Assembly: GCA_964491475.1 (NCBI GenBank)
Contig: CAZBFO010000005.1
Coordinates: 64,841 to 128,840, forward strand
From: an uncultured Gammaproteobacteria bacterium
GTDB lineage: Bacteria; Patescibacteriota; Patescibacteriia; SG8-24
DNA length: 64,000 nt
Reading direction: 5' to 3'
Shown here one piece after another: positions 37,769-49,369 of the stretch. Made by a program: the position numbers and the translations under genes. Position 1 is the first letter of the stretch; each line of letters starts with the position of its first letter. The notes beneath the pieces were generated by a model, which did not search any database, was not told the DNA's origin, and was given only the letters and a program-made list of their open reading frames with translations.

Positions 37769-39214
37769 TTAGCGGAACAGGATGGTCTGGTTTACCGCAT
37801 TCACCGCATTGCTGACGATGGGCAGGTATTCCGGATGCTGGTAAGTCGGGTACGTTTCGATCATCTGGGTGAAGGCCGCTTCGACCTTGCCGTAATCGCT
37901 GCCTCTGTACCAGCTTCTTGCCGTCAGCACTTGGCCGGCGAAGGGGGCTACGTCCGCATCGTTGAGCTGGCTGCCGATGAGGGCGCGCAAGGCGGTCGGG
38001 CGCTTGGTGGCGGTAAGGAACGGTTGCACCTGGTCTTGGCCGGCGATGAACTGCAGGAAGTCCCAGGCCTCATCCGGATGGGCGGTCTTTTTGGAGACCA
38101 CCTCTGCCTGGTAATGCAGGACATTCGCGGGGCTGCCGGTGTCGATCTGCGGGAGCGGGGCTACGCCGAAATCGATCTTGGAGCCGCGTTCGCGGATGGT
38201 GGCCGTGTCGTTCGGATAGCCGAAGTAGAATGCCGTCTTGCCAGCAATGAAGGCGTCGAGCGACTGCGGCATTTGCGCGTTCCAGGAGTAATTGGGGGAG
38301 CCTGGGATGGCAAAACTCTGATAGAAAATCAGCGCTTCCACGCCGGGGGGATTCATCTTCTCCTGGGTGGCCGGGGTGTAGTTGGCAAAGTACGCGTAGC
38401 CGTTCTCGTCGGACATGTTCGCGCCGTTCTGCATCATCAGCGCGGACAAGATGTCGACGTTATTCATCACGTTTTTTCCGAGTCCGAGGGCCGCGCCGGA
38501 CTGCTTGATGGTCTTTGGCGCGTCGTTGGCGAAGTTTTGCACGGGAGCGTTGCTGTTGGTCGGCGCGGATGCCGGCGTGTCGAAGATGGTCAGCTTGACG
38601 GCATCGTCCTGCAGGTCTTGCCAGGTGATGGGGGGATTCTCGATGTTGCCGCGCTTGAGCATGTCGCGGTTGTAGAACAGGGCCAGGGTGTCGGCCGAAA
38701 GAGGCAAGCCGATGATTTGCGGGACCGGCGCCGCCCCCGGCTTCTCGACGAATTGGGTGATCAGGTCCTTGGTGACGCCCTCGACATAGCGGTTGGTGAA
38801 GTCCAAGACGCTCATCGTCGGCTGTTTTTGCTTGACGGTCACGACCTGCTGCTTGGCGTTGACCTGCTGCGTGAGCACGGTGGTTTCCTTGGGCATTGCC
38901 AGCAATTTCGGCTTCCATTCGCCCAACCAGACGTTGGGGACGCTGAAGAGGTCCGGCCCCTTGTTCTGCGCGAACGCTTCGAGAAGAGTGCGGTCGTAGT
39001 CCTGTTCGCGCTGGGTGGTGATCTCGATGTTCACGTTCGGGTGCAGCTTTTTGTAAGCGGCAATGGCGGTATCGAGGGAGGAGGGGTCGTCCTGTATGCG
39101 CCAGTACTGCAGCGTGACGGGTTTAGGAGGAGCAGACGAGCCGCCGGCAACCGAGCAACCGGCTCCGACGAGCAGCAACGAGGCAATAAATGCGGCGGGA
39201 AGAAATTTCCTCAT
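37769..39214 (-). CDS. Extracellular solute-binding lipoprotein (paralog of 35354..36766)
   Basis: Lipobox GAGC; GPDL, GLPLSADTLALFYNRD, EAWDFLQF. Confidence 0.9.
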   Translation of the reverse strand: MRKFLPAAFIASLLLVGAGCSVAGGSSAPPKPVTLQYWRIQDDPSSLDTAIAAYKKLHPNVNIEITTQREQDYDRTLLEAFAQNKGPDLFSVPNVWLGEWKPKLLAMPKETTVLTQQVNAKQQVVTVKQKQPTMSVLDFTNRYVEGVTKDLITQFVEKPGAAPVPQIIGLPLSADTLALFYNRDMLKRGNIENPPITWQDLQDDAVKLTIFDTPASAPTNSNAPVQNFANDAPKTIKQSGAALGLGKNVMNNVDILSALMMQNGANMSDENGYAYFANYTPATQEKMNPPGVEALIFYQSFAIPGSPNYSWNAQMPQSLDAFIAGKTAFYFGYPNDTATIRERGSKIDFGVAPLPQIDTGSPANVLHYQAEVVSKKTAHPDEAWDFLQFIAGQDQVQPFLTATKRPTALRALIGSQLNDADVAPFAGQVLTARSWYRGSDYGKVEAAFTQMIETYPTYQHPEYLPIVSNAVNAVNQTILFR

Positions 39215-39275
39215 AATCATGGGGTGAATGGTGCAAGTATAGCACAATGCAACCGACCGTGTTACGTTTCTTGCC

Positions 39276-40574
39276 ATGAAAGACTTTTATACGTGGTGGA
39301 ACGAGATGGCCAATGCCGCGCGCGTGGGCTGGTTTTTGGCGTTCCGGCAGATTCGCCGGTCGAGCCCCTGGACCACGGGCCTGATCGTTTTCATCATGAC
39401 GCTGACCTTCCTGAACTTGGTGGTCGCGTCCGGATTGCTGCAGGGCCTGATGGTCGGTTCGTTCGACCAGTTCCGCAAGAGCTACTCCGGCGAGATCATC
39501 ATCACTTCGGCGCCCGGCCGCGACTACATCGAGCACTCGCAGGCGTTGGCGGACTTCCTTCGCAACGATCCGGACGTTTTGGCTTTCTCCGCCCGCAACT
39601 CGGTCGGCGCATCGATGCTGGGCACGCTCAACGACTTGCCCAAGAAGAACGAACAGAAAAACCTCATGAGCGCCCTGCTCGTGGGGTATGATCCCGATGC
39701 CGAGGAAGCCGTGACCGGCTTTTCCAAGTTGGTGACCGTCGGCCAGCCGCTGCGCGAGGGCGACGAAGGCTACGTGCTGATCGGCAGCACGCTCATCAAG
39801 AAGTACTCGTCGTTCGCGGACGCCAACATTCCGGGACTGAACCTTCTCAAGGACGTGGACGTCGGCAGCCGAGTGCGCATTTCCATTCCGCGCAAGGACG
39901 GCGATCCCGTGACCAAGGATTTCGTCATCCGCGGAGTCATCAAGAGCAAGGTGGACCAGGTGTCGCAGCGCTTCTTCATCACCGACGCCGAGCTGCGCCG
40001 CCTGCTGCCGATCAACAAGGAGGAGTTCACCGAGGTCGCCATCCGTACCGAGCCGGCAAAGGCCGCCGCGGTTTCGGAGGACATCAAGCGCTTCATGGAG
40101 GGCTATGCCGTGCGCATACAGACTTCAGGCGAGGCCATCCCGTCGTTCCTGCGCGACATCGAGACCACCATGAAGGTGCTGGGCAACGCGCTTTCTTCCA
40201 TCGCCCTGGTGGTGGCGAGCATCACCGTGTTCATCGTCATCTACATCAACGCGGTCACCAAGCGCAAGTTCATCGGCATCATGAAGGGCATCGGCATCAG
40301 CCCGGTGGCGGTGCAGTTTTCCTACGTTTTTCAGGCTATTTTCTACGGTTTCGCCGGCACCTCGGTGGGCGTGCTGCTGACTTTCGGGCTGTTGCGTCCG
40401 TTCTTCGACGCGCATCCGATCGACTTCCCGTTCTCCGACGGCATCCTGGTCGCCACCGCGGCCGGCGCTTCGGTGCGCGGCGGCATCCTGATGATCGTGA
40501 CGCTGCTGGCCGGCTACATTCCGGCCACCATCATCGCGCGCAAGAACACCCTCGACTCCATCCTGGGCCGCTGA
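39276..40574 (+). CDS. FtsX/MacB/LolE-family ABC permease
   Basis: TM, large periplasmic domain, then 3 TMs; KRKFIGIMKGIG. Confidence 0.88.
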   Translation: MKDFYTWWNEMANAARVGWFLAFRQIRRSSPWTTGLIVFIMTLTFLNLVVASGLLQGLMVGSFDQFRKSYSGEIIITSAPGRDYIEHSQALADFLRNDPDVLAFSARNSVGASMLGTLNDLPKKNEQKNLMSALLVGYDPDAEEAVTGFSKLVTVGQPLREGDEGYVLIGSTLIKKYSSFADANIPGLNLLKDVDVGSRVRISIPRKDGDPVTKDFVIRGVIKSKVDQVSQRFFITDAELRRLLPINKEEFTEVAIRTEPAKAAAVSEDIKRFMEGYAVRIQTSGEAIPSFLRDIETTMKVLGNALSSIALVVASITVFIVIYINAVTKRKFIGIMKGIGISPVAVQFSYVFQAIFYGFAGTSVGVLLTFGLLRPFFDAHPIDFPFSDGILVATAAGASVRGGILMIVTLLAGYIPATIIARKNTLDSILGR

Positions 40575-40578
40575 CGGT

Positions 40579-41253
40579 ATGATCAAGACTTCCAACCTGG
40601 TAAAAAAATACGGCGAGGGCGAGTTGGAGACCGTGGTGCTCAAGGGCATCGACATCGAGATTCCCAACGGCGATTTCGTGTCCATCGTCGGCCCGTCGGG
40701 TGCGGGCAAGTCGACCCTGCTCTATCAGATGTCGCTGCTCGACGATCCGTCGTCCGGCGAAATCTTCTTTGAAGGCGCGCCCGCCTCCGCGCTGAATCAG
40801 GTGCAGAAGACCGCCCTTCGCCTGGCGCATCTCGGCTACGTCTTTCAGGATTACGCGCTGCTGCCGGAACTGACTGCGGCGGAGAACGTGGCGCTGCCCA
40901 TGCTGATGCAGGGGCTCACCAAGAGGCAGGCGCTGGAGCGCGCCGTCGTCGCGCTGGAGCGCATCGGCCTTCGGGAAAAGACGCGCAACTTGCCGAGCCA
41001 GCTTTCCGGCGGCCAGCAGCAGCGGGTGTCGATCGCGCGTTCCATCGCGCACGGTCCCAAGATACTGTTCGCCGACGAGCCCACCGCCAACCTCGACTCC
41101 GAGAATTCCCGCATGGTCATGGACACTTTCATGAAACTGCACGAGGAAGGGCAGACCATCGTGCTGGTCACGCACGAGCAGGAGTACGCCCGGCAGACGC
41201 GCCGCATCATCTCGATGCGCGACGGCACCGTCGTGGACGACTTGAAGGTATAG
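40579..41253 (+). CDS. ABC transporter ATP-binding protein (LolD/MacB-like)
   Basis: [29 protein letters not shown]. Confidence 0.95.
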   Translation: MIKTSNLVKKYGEGELETVVLKGIDIEIPNGDFVSIVGPSGAGKSTLLYQMSLLDDPSSGEIFFEGAPASALNQVQKTALRLAHLGYVFQDYALLPELTAAENVALPMLMQGLTKRQALERAVVALERIGLREKTRNLPSQLSGGQQQRVSIARSIAHGPKILFADEPTANLDSENSRMVMDTFMKLHEEGQTIVLVTHEQEYARQTRRIISMRDGTVVDDLKV

Positions 41254-41320
41254 ACCGACTCGCCTCGACGTGCTAACGTCGTTTCTGCGCGAAAACGAAG
41301 AAGTTTGAAGGGAAACCAAG

Positions 41321-42001
41321 ATGACCTTACGCATCGCACATCGGGGAGCGCCGCATTTTGCGCCGGAGAACTCGCTTCAGGGTTTTCAGAAGGCGCTGAC
41401 GTTCTCCCCGGACATCGTCGAAATGGACCTTCGCCTCACCCGCGACGGCCATGTCGTGGTGATTCACGACAAGACCGTCAACCGCATGACCGACGGCAGG
41501 GGCCGGGTCGACAAGATGACGCTCGAAAGGCTGCGCGGCTTCAAGCTGGACAACGGCGAGCCGATTCCGACATTTTCCGAGGCGTTGGAGCTGCTTCACG
41601 GCCGCGGCGTCGAGATCAAGCTCGACGTGAAACAGCCGAAGATGGAGCAAATCGTGGTGCGCGCGCTGCGTCGCATGGGCATCCTCCGTAACGCCATAGT
41701 CATCGCGTACGGCCGCAAGTCGCTGCTGGCCTTCAAGCGCGAGGGCGGTCCGTCGCTGCGCACGGAGGTGGGCGGCATCTACGCCCGCCATCGCCGGCTT
41801 CAGGCGATCGCGACGGCCACGCGCACCGGCGCCGGCATCATCTCGATTCGGCACACGCTGGTGAACGCCAAGTTCGTCGCAAAGTGCAAGAAGAAAGGCA
41901 TCGCCATCCACGCTTGGACGGTCAACACCAAGAAGGACGCCGAACGGATGCGGGCGCTGGGCGTCGAAGCCGTCGCCACCGACCGCCTGGACATCGTCTG
42001 A
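41321..42001 (+). CDS. Glycerophosphodiester phosphodiesterase
   Basis: IAHRG, PENS, EMDL, IHD, WTVN, ATD. Confidence 0.92.
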   Translation: MTLRIAHRGAPHFAPENSLQGFQKALTFSPDIVEMDLRLTRDGHVVVIHDKTVNRMTDGRGRVDKMTLERLRGFKLDNGEPIPTFSEALELLHGRGVEIKLDVKQPKMEQIVVRALRRMGILRNAIVIAYGRKSLLAFKREGGPSLRTEVGGIYARHRRLQAIATATRTGAGIISIRHTLVNAKFVAKCKKKGIAIHAWTVNTKKDAERMRALGVEAVATDRLDIV

Positions 42002-42075
42002 ACGCGGCCCCGACACAGGGCCGCTTTTCTGTTTCCGCGCACGTAAAAACGCCAGGCGGGCTGGCGTTCTTGCGA

Positions 42076-42165
42076 TGGCGGAGAGGGTGGGAGTCGAACC
42101 CACGTTACCCTTGCGGGTAAATCAGATTTCGAGTCTGACGCGTTCGACCACTCTGCCACCTCTCC
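42076..42165 (-). tRNA. tRNA-Ser(CGA)
   Basis: Cloverleaf GGAGAGG...CCTCTCCGCCA; anticodon loop ct-CGA-aa; long variable arm. Confidence 0.95.
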
Positions 42166-42233
42166 AGGCGATCCCGTGGTCTAGGATTGCTAGAAGTTAG
42201 CACGGACTTTTTTTTGCGTAAAGACCCCGGCCA

Positions 42234-43568
42234 TCAGGTAATCCAAGGCGAAGTCGGCTCTCCCGTGAACATCGCCTTGGCCTTGTCGAGCAGCGTCGGG
42301 CGGGCGGCGGCCTGCACGCTCTCGGTGATGCCGACGATGATCCAGAAAAGGAAGGCCAGGTCGTTCTTGAAGTAGGGAACGTCGACGAGGCCGTGCACCA
42401 GCACCGTGACCATCACGGCGGCATTGGCGGCTACGATCCAGCTCCGGTCACGCAGCTTCCATGACCTTCGGAAGAAACGGACGATGATCCAGAGGAAGGC
42501 GATGAGCCCGAGTATGCCGGTCTCGCTCCAGAAGTTCAGGATGACGTCGTGAGGATACTGGAAGATTTCGATCCAGGCGTGGGTGTGATACGGCGCGATG
42601 CGGCCCGGATAGCCGGACATGCCGGCGCCGAAAACGGGATTGTCCTTGAGCATGCCGGCAGTTTCGTTCCAGATGATGCCGCGCACCGAGGTGGAGTCGT
42701 CGCGGAAACCGACGATGCCGGCGAAGTAGTCGGTGGCGGGCGTGAACAGCATCACCACGGAACAGGCGGCAATGAGCGCGCCGAGCGACCATGCGCGCAG
42801 CTGCCTGTCGAACAGCCCCAGCGCGAGGATGCCGGCGGCGATGCCGATCATGCCGCCTTCGGAGACCGCAAAAACCACTGCAATCGCGCCCAACGTCGCT
42901 GCGGCCGCTGGCAGCGCCGCGAGCAGGCGATGCTTGAGCCGCTTGGCGCGGAGCAATGTCAGCGTCCAGCCGGCCATCAGGGTGACGATCGGGGCGCAAA
43001 GCAGGGCGATGGCGTTAGGAAAGCCGAAGAAGCTGGTGGTCCGTCGCGTGGCGGCCGCGGCCCAAATCGGATTCGGAATGCCGAAGCCGGTGAACTTTTG
43101 GTAGATGGCGGAGATGCCGATGACGGCGACGCAGGTGCCGAGGGCCTCGAGAATCCAGATGCCTTTTTTTGCCCGGGCGACGGTATGCACGAACAACGGG
43201 AAGAACAGCATCGGTTCCACGACGTACGCGCGCCACAGGCCGAATCCCGCCCGCAAGTCGGCCGACACGAGCACGCCGACAGTCGCTCCCGCAAAAAGCA
43301 GCGCTAAGGGGCCGGCCCATTCTTCCCACGCCTCCCAGGGGCCGTGCTCGAGCGTGTTTGAGGCGTCCATGAAGTACCATGCCGCGAACAGCTCCCAAAA
43401 GAAGACTTCGAGAAGGGTGGAGGGGAGCGCGCCGATGCCGAACGGCAGCACCAGCCTGATCAGATAGACCGGCAGCAGACCGCAAAATGCGGCCAGCGCG
43501 GCTTCGCGTCGCCAGACGGCGAGCGCCAGGAACAGCATTGCGAGGATGGCGGCAGGAACTAAGGGCAT
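42234..43568 (-). CDS. O-antigen ligase/polymerase-like (Wzy_C) protein
   Basis: FPNA, SEGG, RGIIW, GAGMSG, YPHD, ETGILG, HGLVD. Confidence 0.88.
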   Translation of the reverse strand: MPLVPAAILAMLFLALAVWRREAALAAFCGLLPVYLIRLVLPFGIGALPSTLLEVFFWELFAAWYFMDASNTLEHGPWEAWEEWAGPLALLFAGATVGVLVSADLRAGFGLWRAYVVEPMLFFPLFVHTVARAKKGIWILEALGTCVAVIGISAIYQKFTGFGIPNPIWAAAATRRTTSFFGFPNAIALLCAPIVTLMAGWTLTLLRAKRLKHRLLAALPAAAATLGAIAVVFAVSEGGMIGIAAGILALGLFDRQLRAWSLGALIAACSVVMLFTPATDYFAGIVGFRDDSTSVRGIIWNETAGMLKDNPVFGAGMSGYPGRIAPYHTHAWIEIFQYPHDVILNFWSETGILGLIAFLWIIVRFFRRSWKLRDRSWIVAANAAVMVTVLVHGLVDVPYFKNDLAFLFWIIVGITESVQAAARPTLLDKAKAMFTGEPTSPWIT

Positions 43569-43578
43569 AAGGCTGGCA

Positions 43579-45003
43579 TTATTGCGTTGCAGTCTTCTTG
43601 AAGGCAGCCAGCGTTTCTTTGGTGACGGCGCCGAGGGCGAACAGCAGCACCATGTAGACTGTGGCGCCCAGCGCCACGCGCACCAGCACGTTTAACGGCT
43701 GCGCCAGCCAGACCGCGACGGCCATTACGGCACTCGCCAGCAGCGCTTTGGCAAAAACGCCGAATTTCGGCAGCTGCCGCAGCTTGGCGAGCACGGCCGC
43801 GGCAGTGATGAACGCGATGAAGCATTCGGAGAACACCGTCACCCATGCCGCGCCCGTCGCGCCGTAACGGGGAATGGCATAGGCGTAGAGGGCCAGCGAC
43901 AGCGCGGCGTCGACGGCATAAGCGGCGATCATCTTTTTCTGCAGTCCCATTGCCACCACCGAGTAACCGAACAAAGCGCTCCAGAACACGGCCGCACCCG
44001 CAATCATCAGGATGCCGAGGTACAGGCCGGAATCGGCGAAGCGTTCGCCGGCAACGAAGCCCATCAGGTCGCCGGCCACCACGTACGTACCGAACGCCAG
44101 CGGCAGCGCCATCAGCGTCAGCGCATCGAACGCCTTGCCCAATTTACGGGCGAACTCTTCGCGAGAGCCGCTCGTCCAGGCTCGCGCCAGAATCGGCAGC
44201 ATCAGGCCCATGAAAATGGTGGGTACCACCGTGACGACGTCGAGCACCTTGTAGGCGGCGCCGTACAGGCCGACTTCGGACTGCGGGCGGAAAATCGACA
44301 GGATGATGACGTCGCCTTTCAGGTAGATGAGGTTGAAGGCGATCGAAAGGCCGATGGGCCACGATTCCCTGATGATGGTTCGCCACATCTTGCGGTCGAA
44401 TGCCAGCTCGAGCCGCGTGATCTTGCGGGCATAGGAGAAGGAGACGCCGAGCTGCACCATGTTGCCGGCGACCAGCGAGGCGATGACCGGCAGAAGCCCC
44501 GCACCGGTGGCAGCCGCGGCCACGACGCCCGCGAGCAGCGTGAGACGTCCGCAGACGTCGGCCAGCGCGGTCTTGTTGGTAGAAAGGTGCTTTTGGAAGA
44601 TGCCGGTGAGCACCTGCGAAGTGGTCATCGCGTAGAACGAGAGCGCGCCGATGGCGATGGCCGTCTTGACCAGCGGGGCGTAGGGGAAGAGCAGCGCGAC
44701 GATCGGCGCCAGCCCGAAGAACGCGGCGCCTGACACCAGCCGCAGCGTCAGCACGTTCGACGCGACGGCGCTCTCGTCGTGACGGTCGTCGGAAATCATC
44801 CTGGTCATGGTCAGCGTCAGTCCGAAGTCCACCAGGATGCCGAAGAACTGCAGGAAGGACACGGCGGTCGTGAAGGCGCCGTAGCCGTCGCGGTCCAGGC
44901 TGCGAGTCATTACGGCGATGGTGACTACGCCAAGCAGATTGCCGACGAATCTGCCGGCAATCTGGACGATCGTGTTGCTCGCGATGGCTCGTGCTTGCGA
45001 CAT
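43579..45003 (-). CDS. Wzx-type oligosaccharide flippase
   Basis: IASNT, DFGL, EVGLYGAAYK; 12-14 TMs. Confidence 0.9.
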   Translation of the reverse strand: MSQARAIASNTIVQIAGRFVGNLLGVVTIAVMTRSLDRDGYGAFTTAVSFLQFFGILVDFGLTLTMTRMISDDRHDESAVASNVLTLRLVSGAAFFGLAPIVALLFPYAPLVKTAIAIGALSFYAMTTSQVLTGIFQKHLSTNKTALADVCGRLTLLAGVVAAAATGAGLLPVIASLVAGNMVQLGVSFSYARKITRLELAFDRKMWRTIIRESWPIGLSIAFNLIYLKGDVIILSIFRPQSEVGLYGAAYKVLDVVTVVPTIFMGLMLPILARAWTSGSREEFARKLGKAFDALTLMALPLAFGTYVVAGDLMGFVAGERFADSGLYLGILMIAGAAVFWSALFGYSVVAMGLQKKMIAAYAVDAALSLALYAYAIPRYGATGAAWVTVFSECFIAFITAAAVLAKLRQLPKFGVFAKALLASAVMAVAVWLAQPLNVLVRVALGATVYMVLLFALGAVTKETLAAFKKTATQ

Positions 45004-45125
45004 GCCTGGATGATGCGTAACGAGGCGCAGATTCGCCGCAGGTTATCAACAGTATAGCACGTTACTCCGCAGAAACGCCGATTGACAATGGTCATTTTTT
45101 GACGGAAAATTGGCTAAGAATTCCC

Positions 45126-46271
45126 ATGCCTGTCACCAATCAAAAACAGAAGATGAATGGGGCCGCGGTTGCCGTAATCGCGGCCCTTTCGACCTTCTCG
45201 CTCGCCTTTTCCGCCGCCGCGCTGGCGGCAGAAAAGCTCATCGACGCTACCGCCAAGGCCAACTTGCAGTCGGTCTACTCCTCCCGCCCTGATCTGCAAA
45301 AACTTTTCGATGAGAACGGCACCGCGACGGCCGAAATGAAACTGCGGGGTTTGTCCTCGCTCGAGGAGTGGGCCGGCAAATACGGCAGCAAGGAGTATCC
45401 CGTCAAGCTGGCCGCATACGCGCCTGCCGCCTCCAGCGTGCCGCGCGCGCTCGTCGAGAGGAGGTCGACGCTGCGGCCCGTGAAGTCCACCAGGAAAACG
45501 TTCGCGCCGCCGAGACGGTTCTCCGCGCAGGCCTACGTCGTGATCGACGAATCGACCCGCAAGGTGCTCTTGGCCAAAAACGCCGGCACCGAACGCCCGC
45601 TCGCGTCCATCTCCAAGCTGATGACCGCGCTGGTGTCGATGGATCGCGGACTGTCGCTGGACGGCACCGGCACCATCATCAGCGACGACGAGGTGGGCGG
45701 TGCGCGTCTGCGCGTCGATCCCGGCACGCCCCTCACCGTCCGCGACATCTTTGATTCCATGCTGATCGGATCGGCAAATAACGCCGCCAACGCGGTGGCT
45801 CGCTGCACCGGTCTCGCCAAGGATGATTTCGTAAAGGCCATGAATGAAAGGGCCAAGGCCATGGGCCTGTCCGACACGTCCTTCGCCGATCCTTCCGGCA
45901 TCGAGGCCGACAACACTTCGACGGCGATGGACGTGGCCGCCCTCGGATTCGAAGCCTTCGACGACCCGGAAGTGAAGCGCGCCACCACTACGCCGTCATT
46001 CACGCTGGTCGCCGCCGAGCAGACGCATACGGTCAAGAACACCGATTGGCTGCTGACCGACGTCCGCAACGGCTTGTACGTGATGGGCGGCAAGACGGGT
46101 TATCTCGAAGAGTCCGGCTGGAACTTCGTGGTGAAGGTAAAGGACGCGCGCCAGCATCCGCTGATGGTCGTGGTGCTGGGATCGAGCAATCGGCGGCAGT
46201 CGTTCAACGACGCCGTGGCTCTGGCACGTTGGACTTGGGCCAATCACCGCTGGGTGACGGCCAAGAAGTGA
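45126..46271 (+). CDS. S11 D-alanyl-D-alanine carboxypeptidase/endopeptidase
   Basis: ASISK, SAN and KTG catalytic motifs; signal peptide. Confidence 0.92.
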   Translation: MPVTNQKQKMNGAAVAVIAALSTFSLAFSAAALAAEKLIDATAKANLQSVYSSRPDLQKLFDENGTATAEMKLRGLSSLEEWAGKYGSKEYPVKLAAYAPAASSVPRALVERRSTLRPVKSTRKTFAPPRRFSAQAYVVIDESTRKVLLAKNAGTERPLASISKLMTALVSMDRGLSLDGTGTIISDDEVGGARLRVDPGTPLTVRDIFDSMLIGSANNAANAVARCTGLAKDDFVKAMNERAKAMGLSDTSFADPSGIEADNTSTAMDVAALGFEAFDDPEVKRATTTPSFTLVAAEQTHTVKNTDWLLTDVRNGLYVMGGKTGYLEESGWNFVVKVKDARQHPLMVVVLGSSNRRQSFNDAVALARWTWANHRWVTAKK

Positions 46272-46312
46272 AGCGTAATCAAAAGCCCCCGAATCGCTCG
46301 GAGGGCTTTTGA

Positions 46313-46873
46313 TTAATGACTCAATCCCATCAGCTCCTGCGCCTGGTGCTTGCGGTCGTTCTCGACCAGCTCCAGGAGCTGCTTGCGGATCCTGTCGGGG
46401 TGGGGGACGTCGATGAACTCGAACCGCTCGTGCTCGCCTGCCGTCTGGATGTAGACGTTGCCGTAGTCGACCATCGAGTGGAGGATTCCCTTGATCTCCG
46501 AAGTCACGTCCTGCACGCGCGCCAAATCGAGTTCCGACACCGTGCGCGAGAACATGCCGTTCTGCGAAACGTCGAGGACGCGGACGGTGGTCACCAGGTA
46601 CACGTCGAGGTAATAGTCGATGAACTTGGTGATGAAGAAAAGCCAGAGCATCAGGTAGAAGGCGCTGACCAGCAGCACCAGCACCGGACGCATGATCGTG
46701 CCGGTCAGCAGCGCCGGCCAGACGCCGCCGAGCATGACATACAGGCCGACTGGCAGAGCCGCCAGCACGATGAGCATGACCAGTTCGCCGAAGAATGTGA
46801 TCCAATGGCTGCGCATCTGGAAGATGATGTGCTCGTCGCCGTTCTTTTTGATGAGCGTGTCGAGGTCGATCAT
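46313..46873 (-). CDS. Bacterial PH-domain membrane protein
   Basis: HW, two TMs, VTTVRVLD, VQDV, YGNVYIQTAG. Confidence 0.85.
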   Translation of the reverse strand: MIDLDTLIKKNGDEHIIFQMRSHWITFFGELVMLIVLAALPVGLYVMLGGVWPALLTGTIMRPVLVLLVSAFYLMLWLFFITKFIDYYLDVYLVTTVRVLDVSQNGMFSRTVSELDLARVQDVTSEIKGILHSMVDYGNVYIQTAGEHERFEFIDVPHPDRIRKQLLELVENDRKHQAQELMGLSH

Positions 46874-47130
46874 AGGGTGGAGTGCAAGCCGCCGAACGAC
46901 GGGCCGCCGATGTTAATGGGTTCGTTCCAATCCGTCTTCGCCAGCGCCTGCCAAGTGAAGAAGAAGACGAATACCGCGCCGGCCAGGAAGGCGAAAGTAG
47001 CCAGGAAGCTGGTGCCGGTCGTGGCGCCGTAGCGCACCAGGTTGTGGACGCTGTACGCGGCGATGAACAGGAACAGCGCCACCACGACGCCGTAGGGAAT
47101 GAGGATGAGGATGAGGGGGAAACTTAGCAT
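46870..47130 (-). CDS. Small two-TM membrane protein
   Basis: Hydrophobic; coupled between ruvB and the PH-domain gene. Confidence 0.7.
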   Translation of the reverse strand: MLSFPLILILIPYGVVVALFLFIAAYSVHNLVRYGATTGTSFLATFAFLAGAVFVFFFTWQALAKTDWNEPINIGGPSFGGLHSTL

Positions 47131-47134
47131 AGCG

Positions 47135-48181
<1,047 letters not shown>

Positions 48182-48341
48182 GTTTAGACGGTAAATGCGG
48201 TCTTTTCCTGCTCCGACGCTGGCTTTAGTGTATAGGAAACGGCTTTAATTGGACAGCATCCGGCAGATTGATGCGGAGCTGAAAAGAGACTACTATTTCC
48301 TTATATTATGAGGTCGCAATGCAGTCTGGGCATTGTTTTGT

Positions 48342-49343
48342 ATGACAGTTGTTCCCCCGGGTGCGTCCGCAAAATTTAGAGAGGTCTACCGACCGCAACT
48401 TTGGGAATGGATTTACTTGTCCTTGTTCGCCGTCTTTTTCGCTTTGCTCGTCCTCGTTGCCCGCTTTTTTGGGTGGGAATCCGGATCCGCTCGCTGGTAC
48501 GATTTGGCAGCATCGCTTTTGGGAATGAGGCCGGACGACAATTTGTACTCCCTCGCTGCTACACTGCTCATTCTGATATTCATTTATTTAAACAAGGGCG
48601 AAACGGCTATCGTGACAGACGACATGCTGGTGGTTGGTCGGGATCGCTACGTATTTGGGTATGCGCAGATAAAGAGGGTCATTCCTGTGACGTTTGACGT
48701 AGGCCGGCGCGGAGACATTAACGTCAAGACCGCTGGTCAAGACTTCATGGACGTGTGGGCTCCCATGAGTTTTACGAACCTTTTGCTTTACTCCATTGAG
48801 GGAGTTGGGGTCGTTGTCGAATTTGTCGATCAATCTAAGCCGATATTGTTGCCATCGCATCGTCAGCAAGAACTGCTTGCTGCGCTGGAGCCACTGGTGG
48901 CACGCCGTAAGTCAGAAGGACTGCCGGAATACTCGCCATCGTCCGTCACGGTCCACGGCCTGAAGGCACAGGACCGTCTTGTCCGCGAAGCGAAAAAGGA
49001 AATCCTGTGGCCATACGTGCTTTTTGCCGCCACGGGTATTTGGCTCATTTCCTCGGCAACAGTAGCCTTGGTGCCGCCGGTTTGGGGCGTCGCCGTCATC
49101 ATCGCGCTGGTTGCCGTCATCGATATTTTTGGAGGCTTTTGGGTTGGGAAAATGGCCAGGAACAATGAAATACGCAACGGTACGGCGTTGGCAATTGCGG
49201 TCATTTTCTGGCAGCTTCTTTCGTTGGGCAACGCACGGTCAGGTCAGCTCCCGCTTGTCATCGGGCTCGTCGTCATTGCCGTACCTGCAACGTTGAGCGG
49301 CGCCGCCATTGCGGCTCGTTCGCGCCGCAGCACCCCAAAATAA
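48342..49343 (+). CDS. Hypothetical membrane protein, lower GC
   Basis: About 6 TMs; visibly more A/T-ending codons than neighbours. Confidence 0.7.
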   Translation: MTVVPPGASAKFREVYRPQLWEWIYLSLFAVFFALLVLVARFFGWESGSARWYDLAASLLGMRPDDNLYSLAATLLILIFIYLNKGETAIVTDDMLVVGRDRYVFGYAQIKRVIPVTFDVGRRGDINVKTAGQDFMDVWAPMSFTNLLLYSIEGVGVVVEFVDQSKPILLPSHRQQELLAALEPLVARRKSEGLPEYSPSSVTVHGLKAQDRLVREAKKEILWPYVLFAATGIWLISSATVALVPPVWGVAVIIALVAVIDIFGGFWVGKMARNNEIRNGTALAIAVIFWQLLSLGNARSGQLPLVIGLVVIAVPATLSGAAIAARSRRSTPK

Positions 49344-49369
49344 ATAAACGACCTCCTAAGTTTATCTCG

